Positions 27,962 through 40,132 of a DNA stretch of 64,000 nt are shown one piece after another; positions within the stretch are counted from its first letter, which is position 1; the number at the start of each line of letters is the position of its first letter. This DNA is from Octopus vulgaris (lineage: Eukaryota). The position numbers were made by a program, and so were the translations under genes. The notes beneath the pieces are model-generated. The model did not search any database and was not told the origin of the DNA. It saw only the letters and a program-made list of their open reading frames with translations. The stretch spans positions 11,718,001-11,782,000 of the forward strand of contig OX597832.1 in the NCBI GenBank assembly GCA_951406725.2, written 5' to 3'.

Positions 27962-27962
<1 letters not shown>
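27715..27962 (+). repeat. Four-unit minisatellite with (TA)n spacers
   Basis: Core GAATATATTTACATAAATAAACAAGAA occurs four times, separated by variable (TA)n. Confidence 0.93.
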
Positions 27963-28012
<50 letters not shown>

Positions 28013-28736
28013 AACAGAGACACAGAGAAGGAGAGAGACAGAGAGATTGTTTCATAGAGAAAAAAATGGATAGATATAAAAAATAAAATCAGTGTTTTTC
28101 TAATATACATTATTTCTATTTCTAAGTACATAGGCGTCTCTTAGCATTTCGATGAGCGTATACAACAATTTTTTTTTCTACCGCAGTGTCTATATTTATA
28201 AACGTATTCTATATATATCTGTGTCACTGTTATGAAAAGCGTTGTGCAGCTTCTTTTGTCATTGTTGCATAATGGTTATATACATATGTGCACACTCGCA
28301 TGCACACCAATGTATATATAATTGAATATTTAGAAATTTCCGATATCACCTGAAGCAAATTATTCGATGGTAATGAGATTACAAATTAATTAGTATGAAT
28401 TACTTAATCTTGCTGAAGATCTTATCTCCAACCGATATGTTTGTAGCAGTATCTTGTTGTCACGATTGAATTCTATCTATATTATGTTTGTAGTTAACAG
28501 GTGTGTGTGTACAAATTCGAGCCTCGTATATATTTGGTATAAAGCTGAAACAAGATCGTGTGTTCTTGAAAATATTCTGCAAATACGCACGCACCCACCA
28601 AAACAAAGCACACATATACATACACATACATATTCAAACATACACGCACATTTATATTCATGTATCTATCTCCATATACATATCTATGTGTGTATCTGTG
28701 TGTGCTGCTTCTATGTATGTATTTATGCATGTATTC

Positions 28737-28789
<53 letters not shown>

Positions 28790-29416
28790 GTGTGTGAGTT
28801 TATGTATGTATTTATCTAAGCATTTGTGTATGTATGTGTATTTATGTATGTAAGCATGTATGTAAGCAGTTGGTATACATACACTATCCACTACAACCAT
28901 TAGAAATGTAAAAATTTAATACCTCTGTAAAATAACGATATAGTATCAGTTTTATATATTTATTATTTTCCTATATTTGATTATAAACACATGTATGTGC
29001 ATAGATATATACTTACATAGACAATATGTGTGTGTGATTGTTTATGTGCGTATGTTTTTGTATATGATTTGAGGCTCTCTCCTTGGCATTGTTTAGAATT
29101 TCGCTTTCTTATAAGAACAGTTTTATATATGTAGTTATATAAGTTTATATATCTTTATCAATATGCATCATATGCAGTGATATATACGCTCTATAACATG
29201 CATGCACATATCTATGTTTGTATGTAATTTATTTTATTCAACCGATAAGTATATACACTCATATACATTTAATAACCATTTCGTTATTGATTTAATTCTT
29301 TGTCTGCATTTGTTAGAAATATATATCGAGGACTATCTCTCACAGCGTGTGTATATAGATATAAATACTCACACACAAACACACACACACATATATATTT
29401 TTTTTTTTTTTTTTTT

Positions 29417-29463
<47 letters not shown>

Positions 29464-29574
29464 TATATATATATATATATATGCATATATATATATATAT
29501 ATGCATATATATATATATATGTATCTACATACACATATACTTATACATATACATATATACATCCATATAGATAA

Positions 29575-29625
<51 letters not shown>

Positions 29626-29637
29626 CATACATACTTA

Positions 29638-29680
<43 letters not shown>

Positions 29681-30051
29681 CATACTTAAAAAATATTTTT
29701 TATTGGATTACAGTAAAAAAAAATGGTGTCTATTTAGCAGTAGGTAAATATATTTCTTATTAATAATTATAGCGAAAGTGAATTCACGAAAACAACATAC
29801 TTTCATTGATTTACCATTAAATCGAATCTGTTTACTGAGAAATAAAAATTTCTAGATGTTCTTCCAAATTGAATTTTCTCATATTTTAACTAAACTTGTT
29901 AGTAAACTTTTTCTCGTTTGTTCGAGGTAACTAATATATAGTGACGTTAGAATAAGGCAATACAACTCTATTTCTGTGTGGATGCAATGAAACCGCTATT
30001 CAACGTAGTAAAAGCGTGTGAGAAAACGTCAAAATGAATATCATATATGCT

Positions 30052-30575
30052 ATGTGGAGGCGCAATGGCCCAGTGGTTAGGGCAGCGGATTCGTGGTCAT
30101 AGGATCACGGTTTCGTTTCCCAGACCGAGCGTTGTGAGTGTTTATTGAGCGAAAACACCTAAAGCTCCATGGTCTCAGGCCTCCGGCAGAGGGGTTGTGG
30201 TGAAACCTGCTGTACTCTTTCAATACTACTTTCTCTCACTATTTCTTCCTTTTTCTGTTGTACCTGTATTTCATAGGGTCAGCCTTGTCACTCTCTGTGT
30301 CACACTGAATCTCCCCGAGAACTACGTTAAGGGTACACGTGTCTGTGGAGTGCTCAGCCACTTGCATGTTAATAAATGAGCTGCGACGTTACAGGTGCCA
30401 ATCTGTATCAGCCTTTGTCTTTCCCTTGGATAACATCGGTGGCGTGGAGAGGGGAGGCTAGTACGCGTAGGCGGATGCTGGTTTTCCATAAACAACCTTG
30501 CCCAGTCTTGTGCCACGGGGAGTAACTTTCTAGGCGCAATCCCATGGTCTTTCATGACCGAAGGGGGTCACAACA
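30052..30575 (+). mobile_element. Chimeric SINE: family A head/body plus family D tail
   Basis: Head GGAGGCGCAATGGCCCAGTGGTTAGGGCAGCGG is as at 11105. From ~30373 it matches 63494-63690. 9-bp TSD ATATATGCT (30043-30051, 30576-30584). Confidence 0.9.
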
Positions 30576-30639
30576 ATATATGCTGAAAAAACTGGACATT
30601 ACTGTATCGAGTCTTCTTATATAAAGAATGCTTACCCCT

Positions 30640-30838
30640 TTTTCATGGTGAATAAGCAATCGCGATGGCGGCATTTCTCCTCAACGGGATGCCAATCTGT
30701 TGCGGGTTGACTTAGTTACAGATGATCGGAATGGAGTAACATGGAATGAAGTGTTTTACCCTTGAAAACAAGGTACCTCGTGAGCCACAAATTGATTGTG
30801 AGTTTAACACTCTAACCACCTGGCCATGCGTCGTCACA
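30640..30838 (-). mobile_element. Old tRNA-derived SINE remnant (family D-like head)
   Basis: Reverse complement reads GTGACGACGCATGGCCAGGTGGTTAGAGTGTT...AAACACTTCATTCCATGTTACTCCA, like the head at 63358. Confidence 0.55.
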
Positions 30839-31499
30839 TTTGTGATAAGTAGCAGCCAAATATTTCCAAAATCGCAAAAATGATACATTCGAAGCGTATC
30901 CTTAGATTCATTAAATGGCTTGTAGCAGAATTAATAAGAATAACTGAAAAATTACTAGTAAAAATTTTTTTTAAATATTAGTAATAAAGTGGAGTGCTAC
31001 TTATGATGCAGAGTAAGATCTAATAACTAATTCTACTTATATTTTTGGGTAAATCAGCCATCTACAGAAATAAAAACTGCTAACGAAGCAATAGAAACCA
31101 GAGATTACCATGTATTTTCTGCGATAGGAGTATCACCAACCGCGTTGGTGTTAGAGAAAGTGATGCTGACAGTGGTAGTTATTATAGTAGGGTCGTAAGT
31201 GCGAAGATACAGGTAGGGGTAACAGCGTGGTAGAAATAGTGATTGTATTGACGGTGGTGAACGCAATGTCTGTGCTCGTAGAAGCCTCATCACTCTCAGA
31301 AGTGGCAACAACATAATTAGGGGTAGTAGCATCTAGATGCATAATAATGATTCTTTTAATGTAACATCAGTCCAGTCTACCTTCAAACTTACAGGTCTAA
31401 ATGGTGCATTGTCGAAAGGCACAGAAAGGGTTACATGGCAAATCATTTTATCTCCTTTAATTTCAATTGTAATTTCTTTATCTCGAAAACAAAGAGATA

Positions 31500-31860
31500 G
31501 TTGTTTGTGCGATGCTAGTGCTTTTCTTGAGTATTCCGGTGGATTTTTATAATTAAAATCTCTTGTTAATTCTTATGTCCCTAGTGTAAAGATTTTATGT
31601 TTTATCGGACTAAACTTGTTAGAATTCTTTAAAGATGAAGAAGTGATTCTTAAACTACTTCGAAATTTACTACAGATTCATCAAAAACATCCGTTTTAAA
31701 TGACTCAATTTCTTTGTTAGATTTTGGATACTTTTGTATGTTTTTTTTAATCTCATGCTCACTGATAGGTTTCCTTGTCTCTCAGTATCAGAAATACGAG
31801 TGTGGTATCTCTTTCTTATGAGATCTTTGGTATTCTTTATAAAACATTTCTTAAATACAG
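31500..31860 (-). mobile_element. Probable Penelope-like element ORF N-terminal fragment, decayed
   Basis: [16 protein letters not shown]...KYPKSNKEIESFKTDVFD/SKFRSS...KIFTLGT*ELTRDFNY resembles PLE N-termini (K.LI.K.E..I.RMRW...P...EL..FE.D.....KFR). Frameshifts and stops present. Confidence 0.45.
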
Positions 31861-31864
31861 ACAC

Positions 31865-31960
<96 letters not shown>

Positions 31961-32029
31961 AAGTAAGTGCGTATGTATATATGTTTAATATACTTATCGA
32001 TATATATTTACCCGCACTTCAAAGTGGGT

Positions 32030-32420
32030 GTTATGTTAGAACACAGAATACTGCGTTAGTTCCCATGAGATAATTTCACATATAGACTCGTGTTTATATC
32101 GCTAGCAATGTGAAATTGTTCATTACCACCGCCAGAAATGCCAACAACTTCTGCCATTGACAAGGCAAATGAAGGCCGAAATTGCGTGCCCTGGCAGTTT
32201 CCAGGGGCTATTGGGGATTTCAAGTAAGAGCCTGATCTCCTGCTGTCCAAAGTCCAAGATGAGCCTACAGCACGGCAAAAAGCAAAGGGCGACAATGCCG
32301 AACTTCTTCCTTCACCAAGAGCCAATCGTATAACAATGGCCATTAAAAAATATAATTACACTGGTAGCGCCCCAAATGATAACAGCCTTTAAGTTGAAAC
32401 TTATAGGAGAATAAAAGAAT
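32030..32420 (+). mobile_element. 3' end of a CR1/L2-group LINE, decayed
   Basis: DFK*EPDLLLSKVQDEPTARQKAK/RATMPNFFLHQ fits FK..LD..L..VPDEP...RAA.SNSL..Q. The 3' UTR GGTAGCGCCCCAAATGATAACAGCCTTTAAGTTGAAAC...GAATAAAAGAAT resembles the family-B SINE tail. Confidence 0.55.
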
Positions 32421-32423
32421 ACA

Positions 32424-33300
32424 CAAGGTGCAGTGAATATATTGTCACCGCAACTGTGCAAAAATGCAAACAACACTGGTGTCTATTTTTAACAAATATA
32501 TTTACCAAAATTACATATAAATATTTTGAAAAACTAAAGAGTAAATTTATTCAATAAAATCGCGATTGGCTTCAAACAGAGATTCCAGATCACTTCAGAA
32601 TCTCCTGCAACTCTTCTGGACGGTCTTCCTGTTTAAGATGGCGAATGTTGCCATAATCTTTGCCTGCATTCCATCTTTGGTGTTACAAGGAGTCACTTGC
32701 TCAATTGTGCTCCGCACATTATAATCAAGTTGATTGCAGTCTGGGGAGTTACATAACCAGATGTTAGGGAACATGTGGTTGCAGAAGTTGTCTGACAGTC
32801 ATGAGTGTTTCCTACATGAGTGGCATTGTGCAGAGTCTTGTTACCAGATATACGGTCCTCAGCAGTCACCCACCACATCCAGTGCAACACTACCTCCTCC
32901 AGGCACTTGATGTAGCCTGAGTGTTGAGTGTGAGGCCGTGTGGAAAGATGAATGGAGGCATAATGTCGCCATCACTAGTGATCACTCCAAACAAAATGGT
33001 ATTGGTTAGATGTTTTATTTTTATGACTCTCGGTACATTTTGGGGGGACACAGCATGCCAACGATTGCTCCGTATGCTCACCATCTAGTTTTATTGTAGC
33101 TCCCGGCGCGAATGCCAAGCAGTACAGCATGTCGTTTCAAAATTTCTGGCAGAGTGAATTGGGACATGGTGCTGTTTTTTCCCAAAGTCGGTGCCCAAGT
33201 GACCCTACATTATGGTGTAGTCAACAAAATAAAAATCAAACAATGCGCAAGCGCAAAATAAATAACAATAGAATTACAACAATTTGCCCATCGCACCCTG
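32424..33300 (-). mobile_element. Tc1/mariner-superfamily DD37D (maT/mori-like) transposon, internally deleted
   Basis: Degenerate TIRs CAGGGTGCGATGGGCAAATTG / CAAGGTGCAGTGAATATATTG. Transposase remnants NRW...FGVITSDGDIMPPFIFPHGL..., QDSA, NSPDCNQLDY, ...FEANRDFIE*. Confidence 0.85.
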
Positions 33301-33373
33301 CATGTACACTTATACATACGCAGAAATATTTATATACAAACCCACACACATACACACACATACATAAACACAC

Positions 33374-33374
<1 letters not shown>

Positions 33375-33470
<96 letters not shown>

Positions 33471-33503
33471 ATACATATTTGTGTATGAATAATACACACA
33501 CAC

Positions 33504-33564
<61 letters not shown>

Positions 33565-33598
33565 CACACATATTTGTGTATGAATAATACACACACAC
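33375..33598. repeat. (CA)n(TA)n compound microsatellite, locally duplicated
   Basis: ACATATTTGTGTATGAATAATACACACAC occurs twice. Confidence 0.85.
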
Positions 33599-34146
33599 AG
33601 ACATGTGCTCGTGTGTGCCTTGTGAGTGTGTGTTTGCTCAAGCTTGTATGTAAAAGTAAATTTTCTAACTAGAAAAGAATTTCTAGGGCCCTTAACAAGC
33701 TTTCGAACCAGTTATTATTATCTCAGTAGGACACTTGATTCTCTTTAACTACCTTCATATGCACGTTGAGAGGAATAGGTAAGAGTTATTCTCAGCAAAA
33801 TATCAGGTTACAAGATGTATCTGATGTTCGCAATAGAAAACGAAATTGAATAGAAATTCCTGTAAATTCTTCGTCTATGGTGTCTCAAATTACTCTCTTA
33901 ACACAGAAATATTACTGTCTACAATATATATGCCTAAATACCCGGACCGATGCGCATATACATAGTAAACAAGCTCACGTATAAATATAGTTATATGTGT
34001 GGTTACAGTGTGCGTGCGGGTACTTATATGTTTACGTAATTATGTAATGTATGCATAGAAAGATACGTACATGCATATATTCACACACACACACACACAC
34101 ATATATATATTTGTGAATGTATATATATATATATATATATATATAT

Positions 34147-34304
34147 GGGGGACAAACACACACAAATATATATATATATATGACACGCTTCTTTATGTTT
34201 CCATCTAACAAATCCGCTCACTTACCCAAGGTGCCATGTTGTGGGACTGAATCTGTAACCATGTGTCTGGAAAGCAAACTTCTTACCGCAGCCACGCTTG
34301 CGCC
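34147..34304 (-). mobile_element. SINE family B, partial
   Basis: Reverse-complement head GGCGCAAGCGTGGCTGCGGTAAGAAGTTTGCTT...CAGTCCCACAACATGGCACCTTGGG. Confidence 0.75.
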
Positions 34305-34344
34305 TATGTATGTATGTGTGTATATACATGTGTATGTGTATGTT

Positions 34345-34380
<36 letters not shown>

Positions 34381-34534
34381 TGTATATATATGCACACATA
34401 TATATGCACATATACATATGCATACATATATAAATATATATACATATATATACATATATATGCATGTATATATATGTACACATATAGATAAGCATACATA
34501 TATGTATACATATTCATACATGTACATATGCATG

Positions 34535-34572
<38 letters not shown>

Positions 34573-34707
34573 CACGCATGCTTGCGCATACAGGAACACG
34601 CACGCATATTAAAAGAAGATACTCTAACAATTTGCCTTTACCAACGCACACGTACAAACAAACACACCCGCACACATAAGAGATTACATTTACGCACAAT
34701 ATACATG

Positions 34708-34751
<44 letters not shown>

Positions 34752-35283
34752 TAACATAGTGTGGATTGGATCTATGTATATGTACACATATGCGTACAAA
34801 TATGTGTGTGTGTATTTGTTTGTGTATGTGTGTGTATGCATGTGTGAGAGCGAGAAATGGTGTATGTGTATGCGTGAGAGAGAGAGAGAGAGAGAGAGAG
34901 AGTATGGGCGAGAGGGAGATATATAGTATGTAATTTATTACATTCTCCTCTGTTTGACAGTTTCCGATTTTCCGGTGCATGAAAGCTTAAATTTCAATAA
35001 GGGTTCAATGGACAGGAGACACTATTCAAATTTCAATGTTGAGATCTGGGATTTCAACATGTCATACTGGTTGCAAAAGAGTCAGTTTTCAATATCACAT
35101 CACTTTTATTGATATTTCTCTCCTGCGAAATTATTTTACTCGTCAAAAGCCTACGCCTTCTAACTTTATATTCGAATTGCTTATAGCGTTAGGAGTCGAA
35201 ATTGCTTAATGTTCTTCCTGTGGTGTATTCGTATCAACCATTGATCGATAGATCATTAGTCCCTACAACAATATAATATTGAT

Positions 35284-35322
<39 letters not shown>

Positions 35323-35323
35323 A

Positions 35324-35703
35324 GGTGCAGGAGTGGCTGTGTGGTAAGTAGCTTGCTAACCAGCCATATTGTTCCGGGTTCAGTCCCACTGCGTGGCACC
35401 TTCGGCAAGTATCTTCTACTATAGCCTCGGGCCGACCAATGCCTTGTGAGTAGATTTGGTAGACAGAAACTGAAAGAAGCCTTTCGTATATATGTATATG
35501 TTTGTGTGGCTGTGTTTGTCCCTCTAGCATTGCTTGACAAACGATGCTGGTGTGTTTACGTCCCCGTCAATTAGCGGTTCGGCAAAAGAGATCGATTGAA
35601 TAAGTACTGGGCTTACAAAGAATAAGTCCCGGGGTCGATTTGCTTGACTAAAGGCGGTGCTCCAGCATGGCCGCAGTCAAATGACTGAAGCAAGTAAAAG
35701 AGT
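35324..35703 (+). mobile_element. tRNA-derived SINE family B, full length
   Basis: Head GGTGCAGGAGTGGCTGTGTGGTAAG...GGGTTCAGTCCC, internal TA/TG tract, tail GGCGGTGCTCCAGCATGGCCGCAGTCAAATGACTGAAGCAAGTAAAAGAG. Confidence 0.92.
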
Positions 35704-35780
35704 ATATATATATATACACGTGCACAAATAGATGCACACACATATTTGTGTGTGCGTGTATATATATTTATATATATATT

Positions 35781-35905
35781 GGTAAGAACGGTAAGATAAC
35801 AAAAGAAAGAAAGATACCTCAATATTATGTAAATTGAGGAATTTATCTGTAAATATAATAACTGAAGAGAGGGACCGAATAATTGTCACATATTATATTT
35901 ACAGG
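35781..35905. repeat. Small fold-back, possibly a PLE terminus remnant
   Basis: 14-bp perfect inverted repeat CTGTAAATATAATA (35847-35860) / TATTATATTTACAG (35891-35904) encloses CTGAAGA...CGAATAATTGTC. Confidence 0.35.
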
Positions 35906-37298
35906 TATATATATATATATATATGCGTGTGTGTGTGTACGTATGATTATGCTTTATTCCGTTGGAAACGTGGTAGAGTGCAGTATAAAGCTCGTCCACC
36001 TTCAGAATTACCCAGCCCTATCGGTAGTATCCTTATATACTTCTAAATTTAAATTTAAGTTTTCGTCATGTGTGAAAATATAATTGAAGAAATTGTAGTC
36101 AGGAAGAAGGAGCACAGTAGGATATTTGTTTATTATTCGCTATATTTGTTTTTGATCAACGTAGTTCTCCAAGAACACAGGTACTTGATTATGCAACTAT
36201 TTGTTTGCATAATGAGATCTAGTTGTGTTTCCTCAGGCGATATACGTGCGTTGTCTCCGTTAGTTTAAAATCTACTTCAAGGTTATGTTCTCTGTCGTGG
36301 TTGGAATATATTAGCAGCTCGTATACACATAGTGCGTGACGCGAGAGCACGTTTGCTGGGCTGCTAAGTATGGTAGTGGATGGTACTGGCTGGCATCTAA
36401 ATGTTCTTACATTTGGCTGCAACTCTGATCTGTTCTTCATGGTTGGCTGCACATATTAATTTCTAAAGCCGGCTATTAGTTTTCAGTTGCCGGATACATA
36501 CACACATACGCTCTCACGCACAAACCCATGTATATATACCTTTATATATATACATATGCACACATGTCCACATTATATATCATCCATAATTAGTTACACG
36601 TATATATAATATAATAAATTCATACAAATACACACACACATCCATATAATGGACACCTATAATGTCTTTATTGCTCTATAGTGTCTTTAGTGTTCTATAA
36701 ATTCATTAGTGCTCTATAGTATCTTTAGGCTGTTATTTGTGACATTCTAGATGAGAAGGTTCTTCTAAAACCACAGGATTTCCCTCCTTCATGTTTTTAG
36801 AGTAACGGGATACTGAGTGGGTTTGTACTAACTTTTCACAGAGCCACATATTTTCTCACAAAGAAAGAGAGTGAAAAACCGGAAGAGAGAGAAGGAGGAA
36901 AGGAGATTAAACGGAAGATTGGGAAAACAGAAGCAGCAATCGACTCCAATATTTTATTTATCGATCCTGGGAGGATGAAGGACAAATTTGATCTAACCTC
37001 TGAGGATTAAAATTCATAACTCAAAATGATTTGCGCAAATTATTCGATTGACGTTCCAATATTTCACTGGCCACGAAAACGATGTGCGCTTATTATGCTT
37101 TGTTTAACACCATTACGCTCCTTCAAAACTTCAGGAAACTAGAATTTGTTGTATTTCTACATTCATTTAGTCCTTAATCACTTTGATTTCATCATCTCAG
37201 GTTTGCATTTACTCTTCCCAGACGAAAGCTCATCATTGGTACCTGCTCAATGTGTCAAAAAATTTCCATACATATATACATACATTCATACATAGATG

Positions 37299-37334
<36 letters not shown>

Positions 37335-37344
37335 TAAATACTAT

Positions 37345-37745
37345 CTTTTACTCTTACTTGCATCAGTTATTTAACTGTGTCCATGCTGGAGCACCGCTTT
37401 TAGTCGACCAAATGGACCCCGGGACGTATTCTTTGTAAGCCTAGTACTTATTCTATCGATCACTTTCGCCGAACCACTAAGTTACGTGGACGTAAACACA
37501 CCAGCATCGGTTGTCAAGCGATGTTGGGGGGACAAACACACACACACGCACAAACATATATATATATACACACACATATATACGACGGGCTTCTTTGAGT
37601 TTCCGTCTACCAAATACACTCACAAGGTTTTGGTCGGCCCGAGGCTATAGTAGAAGACACTTGCCCAAGTAGCCACGCAGTGTGACGGAACCCGGAACCA
37701 TGTGGTTCGTAAGCAAGCTACTTACCACACAGCCACTCCTACGCC
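37345..37745 (-). mobile_element. SINE family B, full length
   Basis: Reverse complement of 35324-35703 along its length. Confidence 0.92.
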
Positions 37746-37894
37746 AATACTTTCATAAATATACACAAGGTACTTACACGGACACACACACAAATGCACA
37801 CATTTTACGTTATATAAGAATTAATGTGATATAATATTTAATATGTGTAAAGAGTGTGCTGACAGAGAACGCTTAACAATATTTGTAGCGATAT

Positions 37895-38030
37895 TTCAAA
37901 GTCCACAGAGGTCGACTTTGTCTTTCATCCTTTTGAGGTCTGTAAATTAAGTACCAGTTAATTACTGGAATCGATGTAATTGATTTAACCCTCTCCCTTA
38001 AATTACTGGCCTTTTGCATAATTCTGAAGT
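37895..38030 (+). mobile_element. SINE family C fragment
   Basis: GAGGTCGACTTTGTCTTTCATCCTTTTGAGGTCTGTAAATTAAGTACCAG...AAATTACTGGCC. Confidence 0.75.
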
Positions 38031-38169
38031 CAATATTTAGTATGTATTTATCTATAAAATATATCCACTGAAAGTTGAAACATTCATATATAAGCTCACA
38101 ATCATAAGTGTATACACAACGACACATGAATCACAAACACATAGATACATGCTCATATATATTTTAATC

Positions 38170-38405
38170 GTTTTAACTTGTTTCGGTCATTTGAATGCGG
38201 TCATGCTGGAGCACCGCCTTGAAAAGTTCTATCCGAAAGAAACGATTCCAGGATTTACTTTATGTAAATTATTTTTTTTATAAATCCAGTACTTTATTCA
38301 TCGATTACTTTTGCCGAACCACTAAGTTGCAGGGGCGTAAATACACCAACATCGGTTGTCAAGTGATGATGGGGGACAAACACTGACAAAAATATACTCA
38401 CCCAG

Positions 38406-38450
<45 letters not shown>

Positions 38451-38460
38451 CATACACACA

Positions 38461-38502
<42 letters not shown>

Positions 38503-38649
38503 TCGGGCTTCTTACAGTTTTCATCAACTAAGCACACATTCACAAGGGTTTGGTCAGCGCGAGACAACAGTGGAAGATACTTACCAAAGTGGGACTGAAC
38601 CCGGAACCATATGGTAGGGACACCAGTTTTTTTACCACATACCCACGCC
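38170..38649 (-). mobile_element. SINE family B with expanded internal (TA)n
   Basis: GCGGTCATGCTGGAGCACCGCC...GGGACTGAACCCGGAACCATATGG. Confidence 0.85.
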
Positions 38650-38788
38650 TATATTTGCAGTTACATACGAATATATACAAACATTCATATATACATATAT
38701 AGTGGTGCGTCGCCATCTTCCTCAGATGAGGTATTAACATTCCAATGACAAATTAAATTCATATATATGTGGGGGAGATTGCTGAATC

Positions 38789-39188
38789 CTTTACTCTTCT
38801 CTCTTGTTTTAGTCATTTGACAGTGGCCATGCTGTAGCACCGCCTTTAGTCGATCAAATCGACCCTGGGACTTATTCTTTTGTAAGCCTAGTACTTATTC
38901 TATCGGTCTCTTTTGCCGAACCGCGTAAACACACCAGCATCGGTTGTCAAGCGATGTTGTGGGGACAAACACAGATACACAAACATATACACACACATAC
39001 ATATATAAATATACATATATACCACGTTCCACCTTCAGTTTCCGTCTAGCAAATTCATTCACAAGGCTTTGGTCGGCCCGAGGCTATAATAGAAGACACT
39101 TGCCCGATGTTCCACGCAGTGGGACTGAACCCGGAGACATGTAATTAGCTGTGTGACAAGCTACTTACCACACAGCCACTCCTACGCC
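38789..39188 (-). mobile_element. SINE family B, full length
   Basis: GGCCATGCTGTAGCACCGCC...CTACTTACCACACAGCCACTCCTACGCC. Confidence 0.9.
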
Positions 39189-39740
39189 TTCTTGCAACCT
39201 TCACGTGGCTTTTTTGAAGAATCGAACCACAGAATAGAAATGTTGTAAATTTGAATTAGATGTACACAGCACATGATGGGTTTTTGTGCAGCTTCCATCT
39301 ACACGACTTGGCACATAACAGAAGTCGAGACAAGAAATAAAAGTTTTCATTTGCACAAGCTGCAAATCGTTTGTATCGAACCCTGAACCACGACGTTACA
39401 AAGTGAAGCTGTTTGGTATTCGGCTATACTGCTACTACTCTCCTCTTTGTATATGTGATATATTGTCGGATATTGAACTATTTTCTTTTAGTTTTTATTC
39501 GAAAATTATATTGAATGGCATAAATACAAACCAAGTACATATATATGTGTTTATATGTGAGTACGTATAGATGTAATATATACGTACGTATGTAGATAGA
39601 AATAAATAAATATAAATAAATATACATACACACAGACGCACACACATACACCCACATATATATAGATATATCTACATGCATACATATAATGCATACACAC
39701 ACACATATATATAAATATATATGTATATATAATATATATG

Positions 39741-39782
<42 letters not shown>

Positions 39783-40092
39783 TGTATATGTACGTCTGTG
39801 TGCATACATACATAGGTAAATACATGTATATGTATGTATGTTTGCATTGTGTCAGTGGAAAAATAATGGCTTGTATCAACAAAAGTTTATGCACATACAA
39901 GTAGTGTGTCTCTAAGTGTCTGTAAGTATCCACTACATGCAGACACGCATATAACTCAATATAATACCATATATATATATAATATGTGTGTTTATGTGTG
40001 AGAGAGTGTGTGTCTATACATACATATATGAATACACGCTAAATCCTCTAAATATAATTGCTTGTGTATTAACGAATGTTTGCATACATCTA

Positions 40093-40132
<40 letters not shown>

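Noticed and set aside
27715-27962. CRISPR-like repeat/spacer look
   Set aside because: Spacers are plain (TA)n, there are no cas genes, and the context is eukaryotic.
30056-30131. tRNA-like sequence with A and B boxes (also 11105, 35324, 63358)
   Set aside because: No complete cloverleaf; it continues into a SINE body, so these are SINE heads rather than tRNA genes.
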